Below are positions 21,046-32,999 of a DNA stretch of 64,000 nt, piece by piece. The notes beneath the pieces are model-generated. The model worked only from the letters and a program-made list of their open reading frames with translations, was not told the origin of the DNA and did not search any database. The stretch is from positions 148,821-212,820 of the forward strand of contig CAJWPC010000004.1 in NCBI GenBank assembly GCA_913045225.1. Reading direction: 5' to 3'. The translations under genes and the position numbers were made by a program. The number at the start of each line of letters is the position of its first letter. Position 1 is the stretch's first letter. Origin of the DNA: an uncultured Rhodobiaceae bacterium. GTDB taxonomy: Bacteria > Pseudomonadota > Alphaproteobacteria > Rhizobiales > TMED25.

Positions 21046-21918
21046 TCTTCTATTTGGTAGACTTTCGCATAATGTAATTAGTGGCCGTGCTTTTGATCCA
21101 TATTTTTCTAAAATAACCTTCGCTTCTTTTATATAATTTTGCATAAGTTTTTTTGCTTCCTCTATCCCATAATGGTCCACATAAGTTGCTTTATCCATTT
21201 TTTGATCCTTATTTACGGATTTACCTGCCTCTGTTAGTGTTGACTCCACATCAATAAGGTCATCGCTTATTTGAAATATCAAACCAAACAGCTTCCCAAA
21301 CTCAAATAATTTCTCTTCATCATCACTCCCACTGCCTGCAATAATCGGTCCAGCTGTGAATGCAAAACAGAAGAGATCTCCCGTCTTCATTTGTTGCATT
21401 TTTTTTATACTTTCGATAGACGCCTCTGCTGGATTGAGTCTAAGATCAAGCATTTGTCCACCAACCATGCCTTTCCCCCCACTATACAATGCCAAGTTAT
21501 TTATTAACTTAACCCTACATTCAGCTGACAAATCTTTTTCTCCAGAAATCAATTCAAATGCTAGTGAGATTAGTGCATCCCCGACTAATATTGCAGTCGC
21601 TTCATCATACTTTTTATGTAAAGTCAGCTCGCCCCTCCGGTAATCGTCATCATCCATTGCGGGGAGGTCGTCATGTATGAGTGAATATGTATGGATACAT
21701 TCCAATGCTAGTGCAATTTGAAGTATTTTTGTATAATGAATACCAAAAAGTGCACACGACTCTGCTAAAAGGATAGCCCTTACTTTTTTTCCCTTATTCA
21801 CAAAAATATACTTGATTGGTTCGACTAACGTCGCAGGAAACCCAGAAATGCCAATCTTTCTGATAAGCAGTTGATCAATCTCTGATCGCAAAATATTATA
21901 GCTCTTGCCTAGAGTCAT
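21040..21918 (-). CDS. ispA: polyprenyl (farnesyl) diphosphate synthase
   Basis: SLIHDDLPAMDDDDYRRG, GGQMLD, KTG, FQISDDLID; start placed at ATG 21918. Confidence 0.92.
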   Translation of the reverse strand: MTLGKSYNILRSEIDQLLIRKIGISGFPATLVEPIKYIFVNKGKKVRAILLAESCALFGIHYTKILQIALALECIHTYSLIHDDLPAMDDDDYRRGELTLHKKYDEATAILVGDALISLAFELISGEKDLSAECRVKLINNLALYSGGKGMVGGQMLDLRLNPAEASIESIKKMQQMKTGDLFCFAFTAGPIIAGSGSDDEEKLFEFGKLFGLIFQISDDLIDVESTLTEAGKSVNKDQKMDKATYVDHYGIEEAKKLMQNYIKEAKVILEKYGSKARPLITLCESLPNRRS

Positions 21919-22053
21919 AATCTTATAGATATAAATAATAAAATAGTCATTAATAAAAAATTTGAATTTAATATATATTAATGATGACAAATAATAAATG
22001 AATATGTATATGTAATAAATCTTATTTAATTTTATAAATTGGAGTTATTGATT

Positions 22054-22236
22054 ATGGCGGTCCCAAGAACGAAGGTAACCAAATCAAAAAGAGGTATGCG
22101 CAGATCAACTGACTTTCTGAAAAGTCAGGCTTATGTTGAAGATAAATCAACTGGTGAGTTGCATAGACCACACCATCTCGATTTAAAAACTGGAATGTAC
22201 CGAGGAAAACAAATATTAGAGCCTAAGGGGGAATAG
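22054..22236 (+). CDS. rpmF: 50S ribosomal protein L32
   Basis: [18 protein letters not shown]...GELHRPHH...GMYRGKQIL; ATG 22054 after GGAG. Confidence 0.96.
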   Translation: MAVPRTKVTKSKRGMRRSTDFLKSQAYVEDKSTGELHRPHHLDLKTGMYRGKQILEPKGE

Positions 22237-22246
22237 AGGGCTGTAG

Positions 22247-23032
22247 TTATTTGGAAACCCTTCTTTCAACTAACATTTTCTTAATACTAGCAATTGCTTT
22301 TGCAGGATTTAGTCCTTTAGGGCATGCTTTTGCACAGTTCATGATAGTGTGACAGCGATATAATTTAAATGGATCTTCCAACTTATCAAGTCGTTCATCT
22401 CTTTCATCGTCCCTGCTATCAATTATCCAACGATAAGCTTGAAGTAAGGCAGCCGGACCAAGATATTTATCAGAATTCCACCAATAACTTGGGCATGAAG
22501 TTGAACAGCATGCGCACATGATACACTCATATAAACCGTCAAGTTGCTCTCTGTCCTCTTTTGATTGAAGCCACTCTTCATTTGGATCTTCCTTCTTAGT
22601 GTGCAACCAAGGTTCAACAGATTTATGCTGTTCAAAAAAATTCTTTAGGTCTGGAACCAAATCTTTAATTACTTTTTGATGAGGCAGCGGATAAATGCTC
22701 ACTGCGCCCTTAACGTCCTCAATTGCTGTTGTGCAAGCCAATCTGTTAACACCATCAATATTCATTGCACATGAGCCACATACTCCTTCACGGCAAGATC
22801 TACGAAAAGTTAAAGAAGTGTCAATATCGCTTTTAATCTTCATCAAAGCATCTAAAACCATTGGGCCACAATCTTCAGTATCGATATAGTATGTGTCAAT
22901 GGATGGGTTTTGATTATCCTCTGGATTCCATCTATATACTCTAAATTCACGAATATTATTTTCGTTTTGTGGTTTGGGCCACTTCTTTCCTTCTGTAATT
23001 TTGGAATTTCTTGGGAGTGCTAATTCAACCAT
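22247..23032 (-). CDS. sdhB: succinate dehydrogenase iron-sulfur subunit
   Basis: [32 protein letters not shown]. Confidence 0.98.
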   Translation of the reverse strand: MVELALPRNSKITEGKKWPKPQNENNIREFRVYRWNPEDNQNPSIDTYYIDTEDCGPMVLDALMKIKSDIDTSLTFRRSCREGVCGSCAMNIDGVNRLACTTAIEDVKGAVSIYPLPHQKVIKDLVPDLKNFFEQHKSVEPWLHTKKEDPNEEWLQSKEDREQLDGLYECIMCACCSTSCPSYWWNSDKYLGPAALLQAYRWIIDSRDDERDERLDKLEDPFKLYRCHTIMNCAKACPKGLNPAKAIASIKKMLVERRVSK

Positions 23033-23039
23033 GCTTATC

Positions 23040-24854
23040 TTAATATACCCTCTCTTTTGGTGGAATATAGGCTACTTCATTGCTCAGAGTATATTCATGC
23101 ACAGGCCTATAATCTATTGTGGTAGTTCTCTCATCATTATCTATCCACGCCAGCGTATGCTTCATCCAATTCTTATCATCTCTTTCTGTATAATCTTCGC
23201 GGGCATGCGAGCCACGACTTTCTTTTCTATTTGCTGCACTTTCAACAGTAACAACAGACTGTACAATTAAGTTATCCCACTCAAGAGCTTCTACTAGATC
23301 CGTATTCCATATTAGTGATCTATCATTAATCTTGATATCGTCAAGACCGTTCCAAGTTTTATTAATGAGGTCTTTTCCTTCATCTAAAACTTCGCCTGTT
23401 CTAAACACAGCACAGTTATTTTGCATTATTTTTTGCATTTGGGATCGTAATTCGGAGGTTGAAGTATTGCCATCTGCATATCTAAACTTATCGAGTCTTT
23501 CTAGAGCATTCAGTCCAGCGTTATCAGGAAGTGGTGGCTGATTAGCATTTGCTGTCGTTGTATCTGCAGCTCTCAGCCCTGCGGCTCTACCAAAAACGAC
23601 CAAATCTATGAGGGAGTTTGAGCCTAGTCTGTTTGCGCCATGGACCGAAACGCAAGCTGCTTCCCCGATAGCCATTAATCCATCAACAACACAGTCGGGA
23701 TCCCCGTTGATTTTTGTGAGGACTTCCCCGTGGAAATTTGTAGGAATTCCACCCATATTATAATGAACTGTTGGTAATACAGGGATCGGCTCTTTTGTTA
23801 CGTCAACCCCTGAGAATATTTTAGCTGTTTCTGATATCCCTGGCAATCTTTCAGCAAGTACTTCAGGTGCTAAATGCTCGAGATGGAGATGAATGTGATC
23901 TTTATCTTTGCCGACACCTCTACCTTCTCTAATTTCAATCGTCATGGATCTCGAGACCACATCTCTACTTGCTAAGTCTTTGGCTGATGGAGCGTATCTT
24001 TCCATAAATCTCTCACCTTCTGAGTTTGTTAGATATCCACCTTCGCCTCTTGATCCTTCTGTTATTAAGCAACCAGCCCCATATATTCCCGTTGGATGAA
24101 ACTGAACAAATTCCATATCCTGTAATGGTAAGCCAGCTCTGAGAACCATAGCATTTCCATCTCCCGTGCATGAGTGCGCAGATGTCGCTGAAAAATAAGC
24201 GCGTCCATAGCCACCTGTGGCAAGGATTGTTTTCTGTGCTTGAAATCTATGGATTGTACCGTCTTCCAAACATAGCGCTACTACGCCAAGGCAGGCTCCA
24301 TTTTTATCCATTATTAGGTCAATAGCAAAGTATTCTATAAAAAACTCCGCTGAATTACTTATTGCTTTACCGTAAAGCGTGTGCAACATTGCATGGCCTG
24401 TTCGGTCTGCAGCAGCACATGTTCTTTGTGCAATTCCTTCACCATAATGTGTTGTCATACCACCGAATGGTCTTTGGTAGATTTTCCCATCTTCTCTTCT
24501 GCTAAATGGTAATCCAAAATGTTCGAGTTCATATACTGCTTGGGGAGCTTCTTTACATAGATATTCAATTGCGTCTTGATCACCAAGCCAGTCTGCACCT
24601 TTCACGGTATCATACATATGCCATTTCCAATCATCCTCACCCATATTTCCTAGTGCAGCAGCTACCCCACCTTGTGCAGCTACAGTATGACTTCTTGTTG
24701 GAAATAGTTTTGTAACACATGCTGTTTTTAGACCTGCCTCAGAGCATCCAAGCGTGGCTCTCAAACCTGCCCCTCCAGCGCCAACAACGACCACATCATA
24801 AGTATGGTCAACAAAAGTGTACTCTCTTCCGTTTATATTATGCGTGTTTGACAT
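23040..24854 (-). CDS. sdhA: succinate dehydrogenase flavoprotein subunit
   Basis: [19 protein letters not shown]-His motif, [17 protein letters not shown]. Confidence 0.98.
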   Translation of the reverse strand: MSNTHNINGREYTFVDHTYDVVVVGAGGAGLRATLGCSEAGLKTACVTKLFPTRSHTVAAQGGVAAALGNMGEDDWKWHMYDTVKGADWLGDQDAIEYLCKEAPQAVYELEHFGLPFSRREDGKIYQRPFGGMTTHYGEGIAQRTCAAADRTGHAMLHTLYGKAISNSAEFFIEYFAIDLIMDKNGACLGVVALCLEDGTIHRFQAQKTILATGGYGRAYFSATSAHSCTGDGNAMVLRAGLPLQDMEFVQFHPTGIYGAGCLITEGSRGEGGYLTNSEGERFMERYAPSAKDLASRDVVSRSMTIEIREGRGVGKDKDHIHLHLEHLAPEVLAERLPGISETAKIFSGVDVTKEPIPVLPTVHYNMGGIPTNFHGEVLTKINGDPDCVVDGLMAIGEAACVSVHGANRLGSNSLIDLVVFGRAAGLRAADTTTANANQPPLPDNAGLNALERLDKFRYADGNTSTSELRSQMQKIMQNNCAVFRTGEVLDEGKDLINKTWNGLDDIKINDRSLIWNTDLVEALEWDNLIVQSVVTVESAANRKESRGSHAREDYTERDDKNWMKHTLAWIDNDERTTTIDYRPVHEYTLSNEVAYIPPKERVY

Positions 24855-24885
24855 TATGTAAATTTATCCCTTCAAATTGTGTAAA

Positions 24886-25212
24886 TTATAAAGTTAATAG
24901 TGAATATGTACACCCAATAATAACGATTGAAACGAAGATATTGTTTAATAAAAGTGCCAATTTTAAATTTTTATTTTCGTGAATATAGTCCTCAATTATC
25001 ATTTGCATACCTAATTTCATATGGAAAGCAAAATTAAACGTTAGGAGTAACGAGAGAAAAAGAATTAATGGTTTTTGGAAGAGGCTTGTAACTCCATCAT
25101 AACTCATTCCAGGTATTGTAAATATTAAATACAAAAGAAAAATCAAGATTGGAATGTTTAAGACTGCTGTAATTCTTTGCAAAATAAAATGTCTCGTTGG
25201 TGAATGTGTCAT
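24886..25212 (-). CDS. sdhD: succinate dehydrogenase membrane anchor
   Basis: QRITAV, HMKLGMQMIIEDYIH. Confidence 0.93.
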   Translation of the reverse strand: MTHSPTRHFILQRITAVLNIPILIFLLYLIFTIPGMSYDGVTSLFQKPLILFLSLLLTFNFAFHMKLGMQMIIEDYIHENKNLKLALLLNNIFVSIVIIGCTYSLLTL

Positions 25213-25225
25213 AGATTTTATCCCA

Positions 25226-25600
25226 CTATATAATGAAGAAAACGAGCCAGTAAATTAAAGTTAAAAGTACCCCGCCAAGCAGTGTAATCGCTGCCAGCTG
25301 ATCAACTGTTTTTACCTCAAAGCCTTTACCAATGTCCCAAATAAAATGTCGAAGCCCCCCAAGCATGTGATGGAATATGGCCCACGTTATTCCTAAAATA
25401 ATTAACTTCCCAATCCATGACCCAATTACAGTTGAAAAGATTACATAATATTGTTCCCCAAGTGCTAGTGAAGCTAAAAAAAACATAAAAATTATCATAG
25501 AGAAATAGAGCGCCCCACCGGTTATCCGATGCGCAATCGACATAAGTAAACTTAATTTAAATTTGTAAATTGATAAATGTGGGGATAATGGTTTGTTCAT
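25226..25600 (-). CDS. sdhC: succinate dehydrogenase cytochrome b556 subunit
   Basis: PLSPHLSIY, SIAHRITG, HMLGGLRHFIWD. Confidence 0.95.
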   Translation of the reverse strand: MNKPLSPHLSIYKFKLSLLMSIAHRITGGALYFSMIIFMFFLASLALGEQYYVIFSTVIGSWIGKLIILGITWAIFHHMLGGLRHFIWDIGKGFEVKTVDQLAAITLLGGVLLTLIYWLVFFII

Positions 25601-25668
25601 TTGATCTTTATTAAATTAATCACAGTATATTTATAATTGTTCTAATTCAAAATTCCATAAAAATTTTT

Positions 25669-26685
25669 CTAGCCAACGTATTTTTTGTTAAGTAGTAACT
25701 CTGCAATTTGAACAGCATTAAGCGCAGCGCCTTTTCGAAGATTATCTGAAACAACCCACATAGCAAGACCATTCTCTACCGTTATGTCTTCACGGACCCT
25801 GCTTACAAAAGTTGCATAATCGCCAACACACTCGATCGGTGTTACATATTTTTCATCTTCGGGATCATCCACTAGCATAACACCTGGTGAGTCTCTTAGA
25901 ATTGCTCGTGCTTTTTCAGGGCTGATTGATTTCTCAAATTCAATATTGACTGCCTCGGAATGGCCAACAAAAACGGGGACTCTTACACAAGTGGCAGTCA
26001 GCTTAATACTTTTATCTATGATTTTCTTTGTCTCAGATAACATCTTCCATTCCTCTTTTGTAAAACCGTCATCATGAAAAATATCTATGTGGGGTATGAC
26101 ATTGAAAGCGATTTGTCTTGTAAAGTTTTCGGGCTCTGCTACCTGATTTACAAAAATACCTTTTGTTTGATTAAATAGTTCTTCCATTGCTGCATTGCCA
26201 GCCCCTGACACTGATTGATATGTCGAAACGACAACCCTTTTAATCTTCGCAAAATCATGAAGAGGTTTTAGCACTACAACTAATTGTGAGGTCGAACAAT
26301 TTGGATTTGCAATAATTCCCCTTTTTTTATAATACTTTATATCATCTGGATTGACTTCTGGAACTATCAGTGGGACATCATCGTGATACCTCCAAAATGA
26401 GGAATTATCAATTACGATAGCCCCTGCAGAAGCTGCGATAGGTCCCCACTTTTCTGATATTTTTGAGCCTGCAGAAAAAAGAGCGATGTCAATGTCCGAA
26501 AAATCGAAAGTTTCAAGATTTTTCACTTTTAGGGTTTTATCACCATAAGATAGCTCTCTACCCATTGACTTTCTGGATGCGAGTGCCACAACTTCGTCAC
26601 AAGGAAACATCCTCTCGTCAAGAATATTTAATATCTCTCTACCAACATTTCCTGTTGCACCAACAACCGCGATCTTTATTGACAT
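25669..26685 (-). CDS. asd: aspartate-semialdehyde dehydrogenase
   Basis: GATGNVG, ANPNCST, TYQSVSGAG, DNLRKGAALN. Confidence 0.97.
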   Translation of the reverse strand: MSIKIAVVGATGNVGREILNILDERMFPCDEVVALASRKSMGRELSYGDKTLKVKNLETFDFSDIDIALFSAGSKISEKWGPIAASAGAIVIDNSSFWRYHDDVPLIVPEVNPDDIKYYKKRGIIANPNCSTSQLVVVLKPLHDFAKIKRVVVSTYQSVSGAGNAAMEELFNQTKGIFVNQVAEPENFTRQIAFNVIPHIDIFHDDGFTKEEWKMLSETKKIIDKSIKLTATCVRVPVFVGHSEAVNIEFEKSISPEKARAILRDSPGVMLVDDPEDEKYVTPIECVGDYATFVSRVREDITVENGLAMWVVSDNLRKGAALNAVQIAELLLNKKYVG

Positions 26686-26695
26686 GGTTTCTTAC

Positions 26696-27805
26696 TCAAG
26701 CTCTTGAATTCATTTCTGCAATTATTGCGTCGGTTATCGCTTTTGTACCAACCTTTTTCATTCCATCTTGCATTATGTCTGGTGTTCTAATACCTTGATC
26801 TAATGCTGCAGAAATCGAGTCCTCTATCATCTTTGCCTCTTCAGTTAGGTTAAATGAATAGCGTAAAGCCATTGCAAAAGATGCGATCTCGGCGATTGGG
26901 TTTGCTATCCCTTGTCCAGAAATGTCTGGAGCAGAGCCATGAACAGGTTCATACATCGCATTCCTTTTGTCCGTATTTGGATTAACAGCTCCAAGAGATG
27001 CTGAAGGCAGCATTCCCATAGATCCTGTAAGCATAGCAGCTTCATCCGATAGTATATCACCAAACAAGTTGTCTGCGACAATAAGATCAAACTGTTTTGG
27101 TTTTCTGACAAGCTGCATAGCGCATGCATCAGCTAACATATGCTCGAGTTCCATTTCTGGATATTCGTTCTTGTGGACTTCGGAGACGACATTATTCCAA
27201 AAAACACCTGAAATCATTACATTTCTCTTTTCTGTGGAAGTTACTTTTCCTTTTCGGGTTTTAGCAAGATCGAAAGCGACGCGAGCTATCCTCTCAATCT
27301 CACTGGTAGTATATACCTGAGTATCTACAGCCCTTTTTTGACCATCGGGAAGGTCAGTAATCTCTTTTGGTTCACCAAAATACACCCCACCGGTTAACTC
27401 TCTCAATATCAATATATCAAGTCCTTCAACAAGCTCCTTTTTTAGGCTTGATGCTTCCGCGAGCGCTTTGTAGCAAATTGCGGGTCTTAGGTTGGCAAAT
27501 AAATCGAGCTCTTTTCGAAGTCTCAAGAGGCCAGCCTCTGGTCTCACCTCAAATGGCACATTATCCCACTTTGGCCCACCCACTGCACCGAATATTACTG
27601 CATCGGATTTATGAGCAAGATCCATAGCTTCATCCGAGATTGACTGGCCATGCTCATCATATGCGGCACCACCAACGAGATCTTTTTCAATTTCAAATTT
27701 ATGGTTAGAGTTCATATTGAACCATTCAATTACCCTCTCAACTTCATTTATTACTTCCGGTCCTATTCCATCCCCGGGAAGCATTAGCAAATTGTATGAA
27801 CTCAT
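26696..27805 (-). CDS. leuB: 3-isopropylmalate dehydrogenase
   Basis: GDGIGPE, LFANLRP, NLFGDILSDEA, EPVHGSAPD. Confidence 0.97.
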   Translation of the reverse strand: MSSYNLLMLPGDGIGPEVINEVERVIEWFNMNSNHKFEIEKDLVGGAAYDEHGQSISDEAMDLAHKSDAVIFGAVGGPKWDNVPFEVRPEAGLLRLRKELDLFANLRPAICYKALAEASSLKKELVEGLDILILRELTGGVYFGEPKEITDLPDGQKRAVDTQVYTTSEIERIARVAFDLAKTRKGKVTSTEKRNVMISGVFWNNVVSEVHKNEYPEMELEHMLADACAMQLVRKPKQFDLIVADNLFGDILSDEAAMLTGSMGMLPSASLGAVNPNTDKRNAMYEPVHGSAPDISGQGIANPIAEIASFAMALRYSFNLTEEAKMIEDSISAALDQGIRTPDIMQDGMKKVGTKAITDAIIAEMNSRA

Positions 27806-27837
27806 TACTTACCTCAATATTTCCACGTTTAGTATTA

Positions 27838-28443
27838 TTAAACCCATGGTCTTTGACTTTTAATTTTATCCTCGTAACTTCTAATTTCGCTATTTTTTTC
27901 GAGGGTTAGCGCGATATCATCTAGACCATTTAGCAAGCAGTGTTTAAGAAATTTATCGATCTTAAAGTTAATTTTGTTGCCATCAGAGGTTGTAATCTCT
28001 TGACTTTCAAGGTCAACTGTGAGAGTGGCATTAGATCCCCTCTCTGTTTCCTCCATCAGGAGACTAACCTCTGTTTCATCAAGAACGATAGGTAGCATGC
28101 CATTTTTGAAACAGTTATTGTAAAATATATCAGCAAATGACGTGGAAATAACAACCTTAATACCGTAGTCAAGAAGCGCCCAAGGTGCGTGCTCCCTGCT
28201 TGACCCACAGCCGAAGTTATCCCCCGCGACAAGTATTTTAGCATTTCTGTATTGAGACTTATTTAAGACAAAATCTTCATTTTCTGTTCCATCATCATTA
28301 TAGCGTAACTCAGAAAATAAGCCTTTACCCAATCCTGTTCTTTCGATTGTTTTCAAATATTGCTTTGGAATTATTTTATCTGTATCAACATTCACTTCAG
28401 GTAATGGAGCAGCAACAGCAGTAATATTTTTAAACTTTTCCAT
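27838..28443 (-). CDS. leuD: 3-isopropylmalate dehydratase small subunit
   Basis: [28 protein letters not shown]. Confidence 0.97.
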   Translation of the reverse strand: MEKFKNITAVAAPLPEVNVDTDKIIPKQYLKTIERTGLGKGLFSELRYNDDGTENEDFVLNKSQYRNAKILVAGDNFGCGSSREHAPWALLDYGIKVVISTSFADIFYNNCFKNGMLPIVLDETEVSLLMEETERGSNATLTVDLESQEITTSDGNKINFKIDKFLKHCLLNGLDDIALTLEKNSEIRSYEDKIKSQRPWV

Positions 28444-28453
28444 AAATATCTTC

Positions 28454-29863
28454 CTACTTTACAAAATCTCTTACATCAACGAAACGGCCAGCGATAGCTG
28501 CAGCGGCTGCCATCGCAGGAGACACAAGGTGGGTTCTTCCTCGAAACCCCTGTCTTCCTTCGAAATTTCTATTGGAGGTAGAAGCACATCTCTGCCCTGG
28601 CAAAAGCTTATCTGGATTCATGGCAAGGCACATCGAGCATCCGGGCTCTCTCCACTCAAATCCAGCTGCCATGAAAATTTTATCAAGACCTTCATTTATT
28701 GCTTGCTCCTTTACCAAACCTGATCCAGGTACTATCATTGCATTTAAATTTTCATTCACATGGTGACCCTCTACCACCTTGGCAACCTCTCTTAAGTCCT
28801 CAATTCTTCCATTAGTACAGGACCCTATAAATATAACATCTAACTCAATATCTTTTATTTTAGTACCAGGCTTCAAATCCATATATTCAAGTGCACTTTT
28901 CTTTGTCTCTTTTCTAATTTCATCATCTATGCCTTCTGGATCTGGAACCTCACCATTAATTGATACCACATCTTCAGGGCTAGTCCCCCATGTGACAACT
29001 GGTGGTAGAGCAGCCGCATCAAGATATACATCTCTATCGAAATATGCATCCTTATCAGAATTAAGTGCATTCCAATAATCCACCGCTCTGTCAAAATCAT
29101 CCCCTTTTGGCGACCTTGGTCGATCTTTAATATAAGAAAAAGTCTTTTCATCAGGGCCTATCAGCCCAGCCCTTGCGCCACCCTCAATGGACATGTTACA
29201 GACCGTCATTCTTCCTTCCATAGAAAGGTCAGAAATCGCTTTACCTGTATATTCAATTACAGATCCTGTTCCACCGCCAGCTCCGATCTCACCAATAATG
29301 GAGAGAATAATGTCTTTTGCGGTTACTCCATCTGGAGCTGTTCCGCCAACATTGACTCTAAAATTTTTTGCCTTTCTTTGAATTAGGGTTTGGGTAGCAA
29401 GAATGTGTTCAACTTCAGATGTGCCAATGCCCATCGCAAGTGCTCCGAAAGCGCCATGTGTAGACGTATGGCTGTCACCGCACATTATTGTTGTTCCTGG
29501 CAATGTAAAACCTTGTTCAGGTCCTACAACATGAACAATGCCTTGTCTTATATCTAACTCATTAAAATACTCAACACCGAATTCTTTACAGTTTTTCTCA
29601 AGGGCTTCCACTTGTATTCTTGATTCTTCATCCTCAATACCATTTTTACGATCAGTAGTAGGAACATTGTGATCTACGACAGCAAGTGTCTTTTCTGGAC
29701 ACCTAACCTTCCTTTTGGTCATCCTCAGACCTTCAAATGCTTGTGGTGAAGTCACCTCGTGGACCAAATGCCTGTCTATATAAATAAGTGATGTTCCATC
29801 ATCATTTGTGTTTACAAGATGGTCATCCCATATTTTATCATAAATAGTTCTTGATTTGCTCAT
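28454..29863 (-). CDS. leuC: 3-isopropylmalate dehydratase large subunit
   Basis: [42 protein letters not shown]. Confidence 0.97.
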   Translation of the reverse strand: MSKSRTIYDKIWDDHLVNTNDDGTSLIYIDRHLVHEVTSPQAFEGLRMTKRKVRCPEKTLAVVDHNVPTTDRKNGIEDEESRIQVEALEKNCKEFGVEYFNELDIRQGIVHVVGPEQGFTLPGTTIMCGDSHTSTHGAFGALAMGIGTSEVEHILATQTLIQRKAKNFRVNVGGTAPDGVTAKDIILSIIGEIGAGGGTGSVIEYTGKAISDLSMEGRMTVCNMSIEGGARAGLIGPDEKTFSYIKDRPRSPKGDDFDRAVDYWNALNSDKDAYFDRDVYLDAAALPPVVTWGTSPEDVVSINGEVPDPEGIDDEIRKETKKSALEYMDLKPGTKIKDIELDVIFIGSCTNGRIEDLREVAKVVEGHHVNENLNAMIVPGSGLVKEQAINEGLDKIFMAAGFEWREPGCSMCLAMNPDKLLPGQRCASTSNRNFEGRQGFRGRTHLVSPAMAAAAAIAGRFVDVRDFVK

Positions 29864-29901
29864 TTCACTGTATCCAAAATTTGTTGTTTATTCTAAAAAA
29901 A

Positions 29902-30942
29902 TTATTTTAAACCCTCAATGTATTTCTTGAGAATATTTAGTGCGTTTGACAAGTCTTTTTTATCTATCATTTCTGTTACTGTATGAATATATCTTGTTCC
30001 TACTACTATTGCTATAGCTTTTGCTCCGGATCCGGCCTGCTGACCTGCGGCTCCATCCTGGCCACCCCGGCTTAGTATTGTCCTCTGATAAGAAATCTTA
30101 CTTTTTTCTGCTAATTTAACAAATTCTTCAACCAGATCATTATCAGATATAAAAGAAGAGTCTTTTATGTGTAAACCAAAGCCTTTCCCGTGCTGAGTGA
30201 TCCAATCTTTTTCAGGAACACCTGGTGTATCACAGGCTAGAGTTGTATCAACTCCGATCGCTATATCTGGTTTGACATTAAATGAGGCCGTCTTTGCCCC
30301 TCTCAATCCCACCTCTTCTTGGGTTGTAAACACAACAACGAGATCATTACTTAGTTCAATCTTATTCTCATAAAAATACTTCGCAATTTCAATACCGATC
30401 CAACATGCAATCCTGTTATCAAGCGCCTTTGAAACAATTTTCTCAGGCATATCTAGAAAAGGCTCATCCATGACAACGAAATCACCAATTTTTATTTTAT
30501 CCTTAGCTTTCTCACCCAGGCCTGTATCTATGAAGAATTCATCTGGCTCTGGAATTTTTTTTCGGTCTGCAGGACTTTGGGTGTGTACCGGCTTTCCTTG
30601 TGGATTCATTACGGCTCGGATATCCTCTTTTTCTGTACAAATTAGCACCCTTCTTGAAAATAGATTTCTTGGATCAAAGCCACCAACCGGATCAACAAAT
30701 ACAAATCCTTTGCTGTTTATATGACTCACAAGAAATCCAATCTCGTCCATATGGCAGAGCAGTAATATTTTCTTTTTATTTTTTTTCTTTGAGTTTATTT
30801 TGCAGATTAATGAGCCAAGCGGATCAATTTCAATCTCATCAAAATAGTCTTTTACATGTTTGTGTATGAAATTTCTTATTCGTACCTCCCTACCCGCTAC
30901 AGAGGGAGTCTCGCACAATTCTTTTAGAAGTTTATAATTCAA
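29902..30942 (-). CDS. M42 family metallopeptidase (TET-like aminopeptidase)
   Basis: HMDEIG, KALDNR, QEEVGLRGA, RYIH; TTG start with GAGG RBS. Confidence 0.9.
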   Translation of the reverse strand: MNYKLLKELCETPSVAGREVRIRNFIHKHVKDYFDEIEIDPLGSLICKINSKKKNKKKILLLCHMDEIGFLVSHINSKGFVFVDPVGGFDPRNLFSRRVLICTEKEDIRAVMNPQGKPVHTQSPADRKKIPEPDEFFIDTGLGEKAKDKIKIGDFVVMDEPFLDMPEKIVSKALDNRIACWIGIEIAKYFYENKIELSNDLVVVFTTQEEVGLRGAKTASFNVKPDIAIGVDTTLACDTPGVPEKDWITQHGKGFGLHIKDSSFISDNDLVEEFVKLAEKSKISYQRTILSRGGQDGAAGQQAGSGAKAIAIVVGTRYIHTVTEMIDKKDLSNALNILKKYIEGLK

Positions 30943-30972
30943 AGTGAAATCCTCGTTTATTGGTTACAGGAT

Positions 30973-31398
30973 TTATTTTGATTCATTCTCTTCGCCTGTG
31001 GCCTCGGGTTGAGATGCTTCTTTTCCTTTTTGACGATTTACGTCAATCTTTTCAGCTATTCGAGCAGATTTGCCTCTCCTATCTCTTAGATAGTATAGTT
31101 TTGCTCTTCTTACCTTACCTTTTTTTACCACAGAGATAGACTCGATAGTTGGAGAATATACAGGAAAAACTCTTTCAACTCCTTCACCGTATGAAATCTT
31201 TCTCACTGTGAAGCTTTCATTAATACCTGAACCAGATCTTCCAATGACAACGCCTTCATAGGCTTGAACTCTTTCTCTGGTACCTTCGCTAATTTTAACA
31301 TTCACTCGAACGGTATCTCCGGGAGCAAAATCTGGTATTTGTTTGCTTTCCCTTAGCTTGTCTAACTGTTCTTTTTCAAGTTCTTGTATTAAATTCAT
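30973..31398 (-). CDS. rplS: 50S ribosomal protein L19
   Basis: [32 protein letters not shown]; start placed at ATG 31398. Confidence 0.97.
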   Translation of the reverse strand: MNLIQELEKEQLDKLRESKQIPDFAPGDTVRVNVKISEGTRERVQAYEGVVIGRSGSGINESFTVRKISYGEGVERVFPVYSPTIESISVVKKGKVRRAKLYYLRDRRGKSARIAEKIDVNRQKGKEASQPEATGEENESK

Positions 31399-31592
31399 TT
31401 TAACATCCAACTAAGCATGACTTATTCCTGCTATCATTATACTATTGACTGGCAGTTGTCGATAATTTAACAGTGCCAAAATCTACTCATATTAACAAGA
31501 TTATAGAATCTATGTTTATGCGTGAGATATTTTGTGTTTATATAATTAAATGACTAAAATGTATATAATTTATTTTAAAAAATAAGATTCGA

Positions 31593-32990
31593 ATGAAATT
31601 TAATAATATAAGAGAAATTATCAACTCCATCAAAAGCAAAGAGCTGTCCCCAAGGGAAGTTACCGAATATTACTTGAATAGAATTTCAGAGCACAATCAC
31701 AAATTCAATGCATTCATAACAATACTCGAAGACGAAGCCCTGAAAAGGGCAAAAGACGCAGAAAGTGAAATCTTAAATGGGGTATACAAGGGTCCCCTTC
31801 ATGGCATCCCATATGCTGCAAAAGATATAATTAACACCGCAGGAACTCGTACCACAAATGGATCAGCTTTGTATAAGGACTTTATTCCAGAGCATGATGC
31901 ATACTGTATATCTAAGATGAACGATGCAGGTGCTATATTACTAGGCAAAACAAATACTCATCAATACGCAGCAGCCTCTACAACTATAAATGCACATTTT
32001 GGGACAACGAGAAATCCACACAACCCACTAAAAATTGTCGGGGGCTCCAGTGGTGGTTCTGCCGCTGCAGTGGCGAGTAAATTTGTTCCCATCTCACTTG
32101 GAACTGACACAGGAGGATCTATTCGGACTCCATCATCACTATGCGGTATTGTGGGTCTGAAGCCAACCCATGGCGCAATCAGCCTCAGTGGGGTTTTTCC
32201 AAACTCACCGAGTATAGACCACGTTGGACCAATGTGCGAATCTGTTTATTCCACAGCCTTGGCCTACAGCGCCTTGGAGGGATATGACCAAAATGACATG
32301 AAATCAGTTGAGCATAAAAAAATTGATTTGTCACAACTTGAAAGTGATATTAAGGGTCTCAAAATTGCGATATGTCCTGACATATATCAAAACCAAGAAC
32401 TAGATGGTGAGGTAGAAGGTTCATATGAACACGCAAAATCTTTACTCGAAGATCTTGGCGCCAGCATAACAACAATCAATTTTGAGGATGTGGATATAAT
32501 ACAAGATTTATTCTATGGCATCGCAGGCCCGGAATTCACAAAAGTTCACATCAAACAGTATTCTGAAAATCCTGAAAGTTTTGATCCTGATGTTCGAAAG
32601 AGAATGGAATGGTCCGTAAAAGTAGATATAGATGATTATCTGACGGCACTTGATAACAAAATCAAAATGACAAGATTGATTGAAAATAAAATTAAAAAAT
32701 TTGACGCATTAATAACACCGGCCACACCTTTTACAGCGCCACTGATAGAGGACCTTAACGCAAAAATAAATCAGAAAAATTATGATTATTCAGCTAATTA
32801 TCATAGACAGTTCTTTAGTCCCTTTAATGTTACGGGCTTACCGGCTTTGGTCTTACCAATTGGAAGGGATAAGTCAAATATGCCAATTGCAATGCAAATT
32901 GTAGGCAAGAAATGGGACGAAAGTAAAATACTTCAAATAGCCTATAACATTGAAGCTAATATTATGTATAATAACAACATCAGTTTTTAG
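31593..32990 (+). CDS. amidase-signature family enzyme
   Basis: Ser-cisSer-Lys triad motifs AAKD, GGSSGGS, GTDTGGSIR; no gatB/gatC nearby. Confidence 0.9.
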   Translation: MKFNNIREIINSIKSKELSPREVTEYYLNRISEHNHKFNAFITILEDEALKRAKDAESEILNGVYKGPLHGIPYAAKDIINTAGTRTTNGSALYKDFIPEHDAYCISKMNDAGAILLGKTNTHQYAAASTTINAHFGTTRNPHNPLKIVGGSSGGSAAAVASKFVPISLGTDTGGSIRTPSSLCGIVGLKPTHGAISLSGVFPNSPSIDHVGPMCESVYSTALAYSALEGYDQNDMKSVEHKKIDLSQLESDIKGLKIAICPDIYQNQELDGEVEGSYEHAKSLLEDLGASITTINFEDVDIIQDLFYGIAGPEFTKVHIKQYSENPESFDPDVRKRMEWSVKVDIDDYLTALDNKIKMTRLIENKIKKFDALITPATPFTAPLIEDLNAKINQKNYDYSANYHRQFFSPFNVTGLPALVLPIGRDKSNMPIAMQIVGKKWDESKILQIAYNIEANIMYNNNISF

Positions 32991-32999
32991 GAGATTAAT

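Noticed and set aside
21062-21089. dif-like sequence CTTTCGCATAA-TGTAAT-TAGTGGCCGTG
   Set aside because: Only the XerC arm resembles dif; the XerD arm (TTATGTTAAAT) does not match, and the site lies inside ispA coding sequence
31593-32990. Amidases as GatA
   Set aside because: No gatB/gatC adjacent and no GatA-specific segment (e.g. SSNLARYDG) in either amidase
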